From assembly GCA_027345565.1 (NCBI GenBank), contig DAHWIF010000011.1:51295-115294 (forward strand): DNA of 64,000 nt. Direction: 5' to 3'. The position numbers were made by a program, and so were the translations under genes. The notes under the pieces are model-generated. The model did not search any database. It was given only the letters and a program-made list of their open reading frames with translations, and was not told the origin of the DNA. The stretch comes from Candidatus Micrarchaeota archaeon. GTDB taxonomy: Archaea; Micrarchaeota; Micrarchaeia; Micrarchaeales; Micrarchaeaceae. The first letter of the stretch is position 1. Every line of letters begins with the position of its first letter. This document shows positions 34,578-44,496 of the stretch, piece by piece.

Positions 34578-36986
34578 ATGGCTGAAAGCGAGCACCAAGA
34601 TGCACCAATCGAGAAGGAGATGCAATCCAGCTACTTGGATTACGCCATGAGCGTGATAATAGGCAGGGCCCTGCCTGACGCTAGGGATGGGCTCAAGCCG
34701 GCGCAGAGAAGGATACTCTGGGCGATGTATGGGCTGGGTAATGCGAGCGACAAGCCAACAAAGAAGAGCGCAAGGATAGTCGGTGAGACAATAGGTAAGT
34801 ATCACCCGCATGGTGACCTGGCAGCGTATGCCACGCTTGTCAGGATGGCGCAAACGTTCTCTATGAACTACACGCTTGTAGAAGGTCAAGGCAACATGGG
34901 GTCGATTGACGGTGATCCCCCGGCGGCACAAAGATACACGGAGGTCAGGTTGAACAGCCTTGCAGAGGAGATGCTCGCCGACATAGAGAAGAAATCAGTG
35001 CCTTTCATACCGAACTTCGACAATACAGAGGAGGAGCCACTGATACTCCCGGCAAAGGTTCCGAATCTTTTAATAAACGGGGCATCAGGCATAGCAGTTG
35101 GAGTGGCGACCAACATGCTACCGCATAACCTCCGCGAGGTGTGCGATGCGATTATCGCATACGTTGAGAACCAGCAGATCACCCCGCAAGAGCTGCTGCA
35201 GTATATCACCGGGCCAGATTTTCCAACTGGCGGAACCGTCTTCTACAGCAGTGCGTTGACTGCATCGTACATAAACGGAAGGGGGTCGTGCACGGTGCGT
35301 GGAAGGTCTGCCGTAGAAGAGAGAAACAACAGGCAATCGATAGTGATAATCGAGATACCGTATGCGGTGAACAAGGCTTCCTTGGTCCAGAAGATAGCAG
35401 AGCTCGTCAAGGAGAGGAAGGTTCAGGGAATAAGCGACCTCAGGGACGAGAGCGGCAAGGAGGGAATAAGGGTGGTGATAGACCTCAGGAAGGACGCGAA
35501 CGCCGATGCAATACTCAACGCACTGTACAAGCATACGCAACTGCAGGTCACGGTGCCTATCATGAACATCGCGGTGATAAAGAACAACCTTGTCACGCTG
35601 AACCTCAGGCAGATGATAAAGGTCTTCGTGGATCACCGCGCAGAGGTGGTAAAGAGCCGCACGCAGTATGACCTTAGTGTAGCTTCCGACAGGCTGCACA
35701 TAGTGGAAGGGCTTCTCATCGCGATACTGAACATAGATGAAGTTGTAAGCGCGATAAAGAAGAGCATCGACCAGAAGGAAGCGCGCACAAGCCTAATGGA
35801 AAGGTATGGGATGACAGAGAAGCAGGCGAATGCAGTGCTTGACATGAAGCTGAGCAAACTTACAGAGTTGGAAGGCACTGCGCTGCAGGGCGAGAGATCG
35901 GACCTTGAGGCGAAGATTAAGGATTATAGAGACATACTCGCCAACGAGAGTCGTGTCTTCCAGATAATAAAGGACGAGACAAAGGAGCTAAAGGAGAAAT
36001 ACGGCAGGGAGAGGCGCACCAGCATCGATAAAGAGACCGACATAGGCGAGATAGAGAGCGAGGACCTCATTGTAGACGAAGATACGACCGTCATACTCAC
36101 CAAAAACAATTACATGAAGAGGATGCCGACCAACGTGTACAAGTCGCAGGGAAGAGGAGGGAAAGGAGTTATCGCCATAGAACTCAGAGAGGGCGACTTC
36201 GTCAAGCAGATATCCTACTGCAAATCCAAGGACTACCTGCTTCTGCTTACAAACAAGGGGCGCGCGTACTGGCTGAAAGCGTATCAAGTCCCAGAAGCGA
36301 ACAGGTATAGTGTCGGCAAGGCTGCAGTGAACCTCGTAAGGCTCTCTGAGGGCGAGAATGTCGAGCTGATGGTCAATACAAGGGAGGTCGCCGGGCGCTT
36401 CCTCACCCTCATAACCAAGAAAGGCACTATAAAGAGGATAAGGGCGGAGAGCTTCTCGAAGCCGCGCTCATCTGGCATACTTGCGATGCCCCTCAACCCA
36501 GGAGACTCGCTTGCGGACGCGTGCGTATCTGACGGCAAGGCAAACATCTTCATCGCCACAAAGAAGGGCAAGGCGCTAAGGTTCAACGAGAGCGACATAC
36601 GGCCGATGGGCAGGAGCGCCCACGGCGTCAGGGGCATAAGGCTCTCGCAAGGCGACGAAGTAGTGAACCTTCTGCAGGCTAGCGAGAACGATCTGATCAC
36701 CACGACCACCGAGAATGGCTTCGGCAAGGTCACGAAGCTCGATGAGTACAGGCTGCAAGGGCGCGGAGGGAAAGGGGTGATAAACCTGCGGATCAAGGAG
36801 AAGACCGGCAGCGTAGTCAAGTCGCTAAAGACCCCGGAACAGTCGAGCATACTGCTCATAAGCTCTACAGGAATCTCGATACAATTCCCAGTGTCTACCA
36901 TACGCGTGACCGGGCGCAGCGCATCTGGCGTCAGACTGATGAGGCTTGACAGGGGCTCAGTTGTAGTCGACGCGCAGGTCATATGA
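34578..36986 (+). CDS. gyrA: DNA gyrase subunit A
   Basis: DGLKP, YHPHGD, AAQRYTE and GyrA-box QGRGGKG in the beta-pinwheel. Confidence 0.97.
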   Translation: MAESEHQDAPIEKEMQSSYLDYAMSVIIGRALPDARDGLKPAQRRILWAMYGLGNASDKPTKKSARIVGETIGKYHPHGDLAAYATLVRMAQTFSMNYTLVEGQGNMGSIDGDPPAAQRYTEVRLNSLAEEMLADIEKKSVPFIPNFDNTEEEPLILPAKVPNLLINGASGIAVGVATNMLPHNLREVCDAIIAYVENQQITPQELLQYITGPDFPTGGTVFYSSALTASYINGRGSCTVRGRSAVEERNNRQSIVIIEIPYAVNKASLVQKIAELVKERKVQGISDLRDESGKEGIRVVIDLRKDANADAILNALYKHTQLQVTVPIMNIAVIKNNLVTLNLRQMIKVFVDHRAEVVKSRTQYDLSVASDRLHIVEGLLIAILNIDEVVSAIKKSIDQKEARTSLMERYGMTEKQANAVLDMKLSKLTELEGTALQGERSDLEAKIKDYRDILANESRVFQIIKDETKELKEKYGRERRTSIDKETDIGEIESEDLIVDEDTTVILTKNNYMKRMPTNVYKSQGRGGKGVIAIELREGDFVKQISYCKSKDYLLLLTNKGRAYWLKAYQVPEANRYSVGKAAVNLVRLSEGENVELMVNTREVAGRFLTLITKKGTIKRIRAESFSKPRSSGILAMPLNPGDSLADACVSDGKANIFIATKKGKALRFNESDIRPMGRSAHGVRGIRLSQGDEVVNLLQASENDLITTTTENGFGKVTKLDEYRLQGRGGKGVINLRIKEKTGSVVKSLKTPEQSSILLISSTGISIQFPVSTIRVTGRSASGVRLMRLDRGSVVVDAQVI

Positions 36987-37059
36987 CGTAATCAGATAAA
37001 TATGCTGCACAGTAAACTTATTAAGAGCACAGCACGGGATATAAAAGAAAGGATCGGCC

Positions 37060-37596
37060 GTGGGTGAGGGGTTGATATCTGTGCTTGTAGTTGGCAGGTC
37101 CAGCTACGAAGATAAGCTTTCATTATGCATGGTAGCCAGGGCGTTCGGCGCTTCGAACATAATGTTCTGTCCCACAGACCGCGGGGCGATGGACAGGCTT
37201 GCGAGGAGGTGCCGCTCCCTCAACAGGGACTGGGGAGGAACGTTCGGATTAGGATTCACGGACGACTGGAAGAGATATGTAAACGAGAAGAAGAATTACC
37301 TGAAGGTCTATCTCACGAGATACGGACTGCCAATGAGGAAGATAGGCTACCAGGTAAGGACCTACAAGAACGTGCTTGTGATAGTGAGCGAGAATGAGTC
37401 GACGAAGCAGCTATACAAGGCAACTGACTTCAACATCAGCATAACCACACAGCCGCACTCATGCGCCTCTTCTGTAGCTGTATTCCTGCATGACTTCTAC
37501 CAGGGGAGGGAGCTCGCCATGCATTTCGAGAATGCGAGGTACAAGATCAGCCCAGAGCAGCACGGCATAAGGGTGGAGAGGGAGAGATTACACTGA
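37060..37596 (+). CDS. tRNA (cytidine(56)-2'-O)-methyltransferase-like protein, divergent
   Basis: ARAFGA, WGGTF, YLTRYG, DFNISITTQPHS and AVFL pattern of aTrm56. Confidence 0.75.
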   Translation: MGEGLISVLVVGRSSYEDKLSLCMVARAFGASNIMFCPTDRGAMDRLARRCRSLNRDWGGTFGLGFTDDWKRYVNEKKNYLKVYLTRYGLPMRKIGYQVRTYKNVLVIVSENESTKQLYKATDFNISITTQPHSCASSVAVFLHDFYQGRELAMHFENARYKISPEQHGIRVERERLH

Positions 37597-40344
37597 CCAG
37601 TATTTCTTTGTGCGTATGAACTGCCTCTGCGCCTCTATCAGGTCCTTGTAGAAGAGCATTGGGTCTTCCCTGTGCATCAGCAGCGCCCTTGCGGCGCTTG
37701 ATGGGCCTATGCCGTATGTCGAAAGCGCAAGCGCTGCTTTTCCGCCATATGAGCTGAACAGTCCCGCCTCTTTCATTATCTCCCCCAGAACCTGCCTCTC
37801 CTCCTTCGAGAGCCTCCTGCCCGATATGCGCTTCTTGACTACCTGCGAATGCGCATCAGAGTACCTGCAGAGCATCACGCTGCTGCACGAAGGGCACTTT
37901 ATCTCGTTGAGCCATTTCAGCTCATCGATTCTCCGCGTAAAAGAAAAACCGCAATATGTGCACAGCAGTCGTATGTCTTTCTTGAGGAGGAACTCGGAGA
38001 ACGACTCCAAAAGCGCCTTGCTAGGGGCTATCGGCGCCATCAGCTCCCTTGTGTAGTACGCTGCATTGAGTATCTCGTAAGCAATCGGGGATACGCTGCT
38101 TTCGAAGAGCTCGACCACTTTTATCTTTCCGTTTTGGACTCCTCTTATGAGCTCCTTCAGGTTTTCAAGGTCGAAGCCTGACATTATCTCGTTTATCGTC
38201 TCCGTGTACACTGGCGTATCCTTCAGGACCTTGACTATGCGCTTAGCGAGCGACTTGGTCACTGACGCATCCCTGTCAACTACGCCAAAAAGCTTCGCCA
38301 CGTTCACGAACCTGTACCTGAATAGCTCGGTGTCCTTTATCGCCGCTTCAAGGCTTTGCTCTATCGCATTCACGTTTATCCTCATCATCAGCTCGGCGAC
38401 CTTCAAGCTGGATGGCGCATCCATCATCACAAAATACGGCGATGACCTGACGTTCACGCTGCGCCAGTGGAATGCGGTGACCATGTGCGCGAGCAGGCGC
38501 GAGAGCGCATCGTTGGCCAATGTGCCAAGCCCGGTGTTTATTATCACGTAGTCCTCTACCCTCTCGACCACCAACCTGTTCCTCTCATGCGTCCCGAACC
38601 TCTGTTGGGATTTCGCGAACTCAGATACCTGGCTTACTGCATAGTCCGACAGGCATCCAATCCCTTTAAGCGCATCAGTATCGCCTACAAGCGCCATGAC
38701 CTCTCTTGCCACGGCATAGCTCACCGGTATGTCTTCACCGGCCCAATCCGGTATGGCTGCGTCAAGGTGCTCGCTAGGCTCGACGCTCAGCCTGTCTTCA
38801 TCTATGCTTATTACCTTCCACGGGAGCCCCTTCACTATGAAGACTGAGCCCTCCTCTATGTTCGCAGCCACGAACCTCTCATCTAGTGAGGATATAATGC
38901 GGTTGTCAGCCACGCTCTTCACCACGAACCTCTTGGTGTCTGGTATCACGCTGAGGTGCTCGTAGTAGTACATGCGCGTCTTAGATGTAGGCAGGACCCT
39001 GTGCCCGTCAAAGGCTACCAAACGCTGCCTATTCATGAAGGCCAGCAGCGGTTCCAGGTCGCTCTTCTTGAGATTGGCATAAGGCCTAGCCCTGGTGATA
39101 ATGCCAAATATCGAATCTATGTCGGTTTCCTTCTTGTCTAGTGCAAGCCCGCACACCTGACTGCAAAGCACGTCAAGCGCATTCTCCCTCACCGGATAGC
39201 TCTCCACCAAGCCGGCCTTTGCATTTTTGTATATCGCAGTTGACTCTACTGCGTCTATGTTGCTGGTAGCTATTATGATCCCTTTGGATGTGCCGGTTTC
39301 TGTGTGGCCGCTCCTGCCTATCCTCTGAAGGAGTCGGAGCGCCTGCCTTGGCGAACCATACTGTATCACGAGGTCGATGTTGCCTATGTCTATGCCTAGT
39401 TCTAGCGAGCTGGTCGCTATCAGGCACCGTAGCTTGCCCTCCTTGAACTTGTCCTCCATCTTTATCCTTTCGTCGCGGTCAAGCGACCCATGGTGCACCC
39501 CTATGCCTCCGAAGCTGTGCAGCCTGTCAAGGAGCATCAGCCTGCTGCCGAGCGCCTCGACAATCTGCCTGGTGTTGGCGAAGATGAGCGACGATCTGGA
39601 TTTGGCGACGCTATCTGCTATCGCTCCAAGCCTGGCTACCGATTTGTCATCGAGGCCGAACCTGTCGCCGACCTCTTTCAGCGCGCTGCTGTATCCGGAA
39701 GGCAGCTCAACCTTGAGATCGGTTTTCTTATCCGGTTTCGTCACAGCTATCTTGAACTGCCTCTTGCCGCAAACGAACGCTCCGACCACCTCCGGGTCTG
39801 AGACTGTAGCGCTGATGCCTATGCGCCTGAAATTCGGCGCCACCTCCTCGAGCCTCTCCAAGCCAAGAGACAGCTGCGCGCCCCTTTTGTTCGAGTATAG
39901 CTCATGCACCTCATCCACCACTACGTATTCGACGTTCTTCAAGTGCTGAGCAAACGACTTTGAAGGCAGTATGCTTTGCAGTGTTTCCGGAGTTGTGATT
40001 AGGAGCATCGGTGCGACTTTCGCCTGCTTCCTGCGCTCGCTCTGCAGCGTGTCGCCGTGCCTGACAGATACGCTTATCCCCATCTGCTCGCATATCCATG
40101 ATATCCTTTTTATCATGTCCCTGTTCAGCGCCCTTAGCGGCGTTATATAAATCGCCTTTATCCCGGCCAACCTGGCCGCGTCTCCGAGCCTCTTTATTAT
40201 AGGGAGCACAACCGCCTCTGTCTTTCCAGACCCTGTAGGAGCAACAACCACGCAGTTGTTCCCCTCTTCGATGATTGGGATCGCAGCCTTCTGTATGGCT
40301 GTGAAGCTCTTGTACTTGGAAAGGAAGATCTCGTAGACGTCCAT
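37588..40344 (-). CDS. lhr: Lhr-family ATP-dependent helicase
   Basis: APTGSGKTEA, DEVH, HHGSL, SSLELGIDIG, QRIGRSGH and C-terminal zinc ribbon. Confidence 0.92.
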   Translation of the reverse strand: MDVYEIFLSKYKSFTAIQKAAIPIIEEGNNCVVVAPTGSGKTEAVVLPIIKRLGDAARLAGIKAIYITPLRALNRDMIKRISWICEQMGISVSVRHGDTLQSERRKQAKVAPMLLITTPETLQSILPSKSFAQHLKNVEYVVVDEVHELYSNKRGAQLSLGLERLEEVAPNFRRIGISATVSDPEVVGAFVCGKRQFKIAVTKPDKKTDLKVELPSGYSSALKEVGDRFGLDDKSVARLGAIADSVAKSRSSLIFANTRQIVEALGSRLMLLDRLHSFGGIGVHHGSLDRDERIKMEDKFKEGKLRCLIATSSLELGIDIGNIDLVIQYGSPRQALRLLQRIGRSGHTETGTSKGIIIATSNIDAVESTAIYKNAKAGLVESYPVRENALDVLCSQVCGLALDKKETDIDSIFGIITRARPYANLKKSDLEPLLAFMNRQRLVAFDGHRVLPTSKTRMYYYEHLSVIPDTKRFVVKSVADNRIISSLDERFVAANIEEGSVFIVKGLPWKVISIDEDRLSVEPSEHLDAAIPDWAGEDIPVSYAVAREVMALVGDTDALKGIGCLSDYAVSQVSEFAKSQQRFGTHERNRLVVERVEDYVIINTGLGTLANDALSRLLAHMVTAFHWRSVNVRSSPYFVMMDAPSSLKVAELMMRINVNAIEQSLEAAIKDTELFRYRFVNVAKLFGVVDRDASVTKSLAKRIVKVLKDTPVYTETINEIMSGFDLENLKELIRGVQNGKIKVVELFESSVSPIAYEILNAAYYTRELMAPIAPSKALLESFSEFLLKKDIRLLCTYCGFSFTRRIDELKWLNEIKCPSCSSVMLCRYSDAHSQVVKKRISGRRLSKEERQVLGEIMKEAGLFSSYGGKAALALSTYGIGPSSAARALLMHREDPMLFYKDLIEAQRQFIRTKKYWSV

Positions 40345-40356
40345 CAGACCGCCGGA

Positions 40357-42357
40357 TTAGCTTTGGGATTGCAGTCTCCTGTAGCGCCTCCTATGGAATA
40401 TCTCATAGAGGAGCATGACGGCAATCACGATTATTATTGGGACTGAATCTATCGGGGTTATGAACGTAAGATAGACTTGGTTGCCGGCAACGGCTCTAAA
40501 CGGCTCCTTCAACTGATCGTATCTCATGTACCCGCTTACGTTGCCGAACGGTACGTCCTGAAGCGTGACAGAGCCGGTAGGCCCAAGGTAAATAGTGTAA
40601 CTGGTGCCGTTCTGGAAAGTGAGGTACGCACTCGCATTAAGCGAGGCTTTGAAGAGGCTTTTCGCTGATATCCGCACGTCATATACTGGAAGCTTAACCG
40701 GTATTGTCACAGACGAAGAGATGTTTGCTGTTATGTTCGCCGTTACCAGCACGCCCTTGTAATACGCTCCCGTAATGGAATATGGGACTCCGTCGAAAAG
40801 CATGGTGCTGCTAGGAACATCCATCCCATCCACAACGAAGTATGTGGCGTTTATTTTATCGTATTCCGAGTCAAGCGCAGAGAACCTGACGAGATGCTGC
40901 CTTCTGAAGACGGCAGCCAGCGATACCGGCGAATTGACGGTTATCGTTGTAGAGCTGTTATAGTATATCCCATTCCATGAGTAGAATGCGACTCTTGTGG
41001 TGTTAGTAGAGTTGAAGTAATCATCATTCAATGATATGCGCGCGCTGCTGCCGGCATCGTACCAGCCGGCGCCAGAAGCGACGCCAAGGCTGGTGTTCAG
41101 CGATATCAGATACTGCTCCTGCCAGCGCGCAGACATGTTCACCGGCCCGAGCACAGTGAAGCTTGTGTTTAGCGAGGAGGAGCCATTACTCCAGCCGGAA
41201 AACAGCTCCCTTGTCCCTTCCCCGGTATCGACTATGCTGTTCGATAACGATATTTTTGCCGTCGAATTCGCGGCGTACCATCCCGATCCGCTTACGTTGC
41301 TGAATTGCGACGTCGCATTTACGTAGTACTCCAGGTTCCATTTGGCGATTTCAGTTACATTGCCAACCATCTGGACAGTGGATGAGCCAGAAGCGCCGGT
41401 GTAGCTGCCGGGCCCTGCGCCCTGCCATCCGGCGAACACAGCTCTCTCAGATGGCGTTATGTATACGTAAGGCTGCTGCACGCTGAAGTTCACCGCAGAG
41501 AAAGTCGGATAGTACCCGGCGCCAATCACGTTTCCGAACGGCGAACTGAGCTGCAGATGGTACACGCTGGTCCATAGGAGTGCGCCGCTCCGTACGCTTT
41601 GCACGGCAGAGCCTACTTCAAAATAGTTAGCGTATCCACCAACCTCTTTGACCCCGTACGGATTGGCGATGTTAGTCTTGCTGCCGCTGCCGTACCCTAC
41701 GTATGCGGTCGCGCTCTGGAGCAGATGCAGAGCTCCATTCTTCATGTAAGACATGTTCTTAAACATCACAGTCTTCATAAACGTGTCCGTATTGTTCGCA
41801 TTAGCCAGCTCGGCGTATGCCGATGGCACATATGGTCCTGATGTCGATGTTCCTAGGTTTGCGCTGCCGATGAGCTGACCGTTGAAATAGAAGTTCCATG
41901 TATCGCCGTTTGAAGAAAACGAGTACATGTTGAATGTGCCGTTAGTGCCCGCCGAGCCGCTCGGTCCAACGCCGCCATAGAAGCCTGTGCTATTGCCCCC
42001 TATGGGGAAATACTCCCAGAACCAAGCGGGATAGCCTGCCTTTAGGAAGACAGTGCCGTTGCACCCAGAGGCAGTGCAGGTTTTGGGGTAATCTCCAGAT
42101 ACGTTCGGCACCTCGTAGCCTACCTGTACGAAGGCCCCATTCTGGAGGGTCTCTCCGACCCAGAAACCCAATGCGCCAGAGGACGGGCTTTGCGGCGCAA
42201 TCGTCTGGATGTAAGCTCCCGCACCGTTGTTATAGGCCGCCTGGCTGCCAGCATTAGCACCGCTCTGGAACCAATACTGACCGAAAGACAGCTGCGCAAG
42301 CAGAGTTGCGGCCAGGATGGCCGCCGCAGCCAGATAGGCAATCCTAAACCCTCTCAT
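40357..42357 (-). CDS. Secreted, membrane-anchored surface glycoprotein with possible peptidase-like N-domain and SGWY repeats
   Basis: Signal peptide, many N-x-S/T sequons, three G[SA]G[WY]Y..S.A.IS repeats, C-terminal TM plus basic tail. Confidence 0.8.
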   Translation of the reverse strand: MRGFRIAYLAAAAILAATLLAQLSFGQYWFQSGANAGSQAAYNNGAGAYIQTIAPQSPSSGALGFWVGETLQNGAFVQVGYEVPNVSGDYPKTCTASGCNGTVFLKAGYPAWFWEYFPIGGNSTGFYGGVGPSGSAGTNGTFNMYSFSSNGDTWNFYFNGQLIGSANLGTSTSGPYVPSAYAELANANNTDTFMKTVMFKNMSYMKNGALHLLQSATAYVGYGSGSKTNIANPYGVKEVGGYANYFEVGSAVQSVRSGALLWTSVYHLQLSSPFGNVIGAGYYPTFSAVNFSVQQPYVYITPSERAVFAGWQGAGPGSYTGASGSSTVQMVGNVTEIAKWNLEYYVNATSQFSNVSGSGWYAANSTAKISLSNSIVDTGEGTRELFSGWSNGSSSLNTSFTVLGPVNMSARWQEQYLISLNTSLGVASGAGWYDAGSSARISLNDDYFNSTNTTRVAFYSWNGIYYNSSTTITVNSPVSLAAVFRRQHLVRFSALDSEYDKINATYFVVDGMDVPSSTMLFDGVPYSITGAYYKGVLVTANITANISSSVTIPVKLPVYDVRISAKSLFKASLNASAYLTFQNGTSYTIYLGPTGSVTLQDVPFGNVSGYMRYDQLKEPFRAVAGNQVYLTFITPIDSVPIIIVIAVMLLYEIFHRRRYRRLQSQS

Positions 42358-43135
42358 AGTCAATACCAATCCTGTTCAGTTCAACTATTATCTTTTCTCT
42401 ATCCGAAGCCTTAATACTTTTCCACTCTATCATAGCTTTTTCAGGCATCGGCGAGGACCGTTCGACTGCCTGCTGAAGCATGCCAATCTCTGCTACATGG
42501 TACTTCGGCATTATGTGCGAGAATGCGCAACCTCGTTCGAAAGCTATTCTTGTAAATTTTTCAGCGTAGTGCATGCCCCCTATACCGAGCACGCAATCCG
42601 AATCCGTCTCATTTTCTGATAGCGCATCAACGACCGACCTTGCCACCAAGCCGCTATATTTTTTGCCCTCTAGCGTATCCTTTGTGCCTCCAACTTCGAC
42701 GAAGAAGGACGGGGTCTTCAGCAGTGGCCCGTGGTGTGTCGCCTCATATATGACCGGGAGCCCCGAGTCGTTGTTCCTCTTCAAGCTCTCCATCACCGCA
42801 AGCGCTGCGCCTGGCGCTGCAACGCTCAGCTCCTTTGGCCTGCCTCCCAGCTTAGCATCATCCGACCAGTTGCCTTCATGATGCGTAGTAAGCGAAGCGA
42901 TTCCACTAGAGCTCGAATGGCTGCAAACGAATACGATAAAATCTGTACTTATTATCTTGTCAAGGAAGCTGCAGTCAAGGATGTTGCCCTTTATCTCTAG
43001 AACATCAATTCCCCCGCTCCTGAAATGTCTATACCCATGAACATCATCCAGCTCCTCGAAGTCGAACGAAGAGACTACGGCTTCGCCTATGTTCTTAGAT
43101 GTGAGATTGTCATCGGAGTAAACTACGAATGGCAT
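42344..43135 (-). CDS. dtdA: D-aminoacyl-tRNA deacylase (archaeal DTD2)
   Basis: SHSS..LTTH..GN, YEATHHGP, FVEVG and GIGGMHY. Confidence 0.9.
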   Translation of the reverse strand: MPFVVYSDDNLTSKNIGEAVVSSFDFEELDDVHGYRHFRSGGIDVLEIKGNILDCSFLDKIISTDFIVFVCSHSSSSGIASLTTHHEGNWSDDAKLGGRPKELSVAAPGAALAVMESLKRNNDSGLPVIYEATHHGPLLKTPSFFVEVGGTKDTLEGKKYSGLVARSVVDALSENETDSDCVLGIGGMHYAEKFTRIAFERGCAFSHIMPKYHVAEIGMLQQAVERSSPMPEKAMIEWKSIKASDREKIIVELNRIGIDYERV

Positions 43136-43201
43136 TGCAACATACAGATACATAACAACAAATATAAACGTGAAAGCAGATGTAGTAGAAAGGCTGGTAC
43201 G

Positions 43202-43561
43202 ATGCTGTACAACTACCTTGCGTTACTGGTATTCGCGCTTATTGCGGTATTCGTGCCGGTCTCGTTGCTTGTAACCGCAAAGCTGTTCAGACACAGGACA
43301 AGGGACAATGCGGTCAAGACCGCACCTTATGAGAGCGCAGAGGCGACGATAGGGAAGAACAGGGATGTTATAAATGAGTACCTCCCCTTCTTCATGCTCT
43401 TCCTGCCTTTCGAGGTTGTAGCAATAGTGCTCCTCACCGGTTCGGCGGTGCTGCGCCAGCTAAGCTACACGAGCGGGATCCTTGTAATTGGGCTTGCAAT
43501 AGCAGCAGTTGCGTTATCATTGACGGGTTATTTCATCATACGTGGTAAAGATGGTGGATGA
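43202..43561 (+). CDS. nuoA: Complex I-like subunit A (NuoA)
   Basis: 3 TM, K.APYES motif, first gene of nuoABCD. Confidence 0.8.
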   Translation: MLYNYLALLVFALIAVFVPVSLLVTAKLFRHRTRDNAVKTAPYESAEATIGKNRDVINEYLPFFMLFLPFEVVAIVLLTGSAVLRQLSYTSGILVIGLAIAAVALSLTGYFIIRGKDGG

Positions 43562-44189
43562 AGAGACGTCCGCACCGTACACGAAAGATCAGTTCCTCAA
43601 TGCAGAGCAGGAGATGAGCATGCTCACGGAGCAATCGCTCAAGCCCTACAGGAAGGAATACGCACCGGCGATGTTCAGCAGGCTCAGCGATATAACGAAG
43701 ATAAAGATGAAAGACATAATCAAGTGGGGAAGGTCGAACTCGCTATGGCCGCTCCAGTTCGGGCTTGCTTGCTGCGCCATGGAGCTTATGGACTTCGGAG
43801 CATCAAGAGTTGACGCAGAGAGGAAGGGGTACCTCCTTTTCAGGGGCACGCCGCGCCAGTGCGATGTGATGATAGTCGCCGGGTGGGTCACGAAGTCTGT
43901 GGCACCGAAGGTGAAGAGGCTATACGAGCAGATGTCGAAGCCGAGCTACGTCATAGCATACGGCGAGTGCGCAACATCAGGAGGCCCCTGGTGGGAAAGC
44001 TACAACATAATCAAAGGTATAGATCAGGTGCTGCCGGTCGACATATACGTAGCGGGCTGCCCGCCAAGGCCCGAGAACCTTTTCGGTGCGCTAATGAAGC
44101 TTCAAGAACGGATACGTGGTAAAATTGCTGGATATACAACCAGGGGACTTAGCGAAAACCTGCGCAGAGCTGAAATCGAAGGGCTTTGA
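43551..44189 (+). CDS. nuoB: Complex I-like subunit B (NuoB)
   Basis: GLACCAME, TPRQCD, GECATSGG and GCPPRPE. Confidence 0.93.
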   Translation: MVDEETSAPYTKDQFLNAEQEMSMLTEQSLKPYRKEYAPAMFSRLSDITKIKMKDIIKWGRSNSLWPLQFGLACCAMELMDFGASRVDAERKGYLLFRGTPRQCDVMIVAGWVTKSVAPKVKRLYEQMSKPSYVIAYGECATSGGPWWESYNIIKGIDQVLPVDIYVAGCPPRPENLFGALMKLQERIRGKIAGYTTRGLSENLRRAEIEGL

Positions 44190-44496
44190 CTACCTGAAGA
44201 AGATAACCGCTGTAGATTACATAGACCATCTGGAGGTAGTATACCTGCTCTACAGCATGAAAGAGAAGAAGGACGAGATCCTCAGAGTCAAACTTGATCC
44301 AAGCGCGCCGGAGATACACACGGCAATGAGGATATATCCTGCCGCTGATTGGTATGAGCGCGAGCTTTCTGAGATGTTCGGTATAAGGATACTCGGAAGG
44401 GACGCCAAGCGCCTCCTTCTGGAGCTCTGGAATGGCACAGGCGCCCCGCTGAGGAAAAGCTTCATTTGGGGTAAGGACTACGAAAAGGTGAAATGA
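44116..44496 (+). CDS. nuoC: Complex I-like subunit C (NuoC)
   Basis: ITAVDY, ADWYERELSEMFGI and PLRK. Confidence 0.9.
   Translation: MVKLLDIQPGDLAKTCAELKSKGFDYLKKITAVDYIDHLEVVYLLYSMKEKKDEILRVKLDPSAPEIHTAMRIYPAADWYERELSEMFGIRILGRDAKRLLLELWNGTGAPLRKSFIWGKDYEKVK

Noticed and set aside
26602-40344. Inteins in RadA, GyrA/GyrB or Lhr
   Set aside because: Protein lengths are normal and no intein splice or LAGLIDADG motifs were seen
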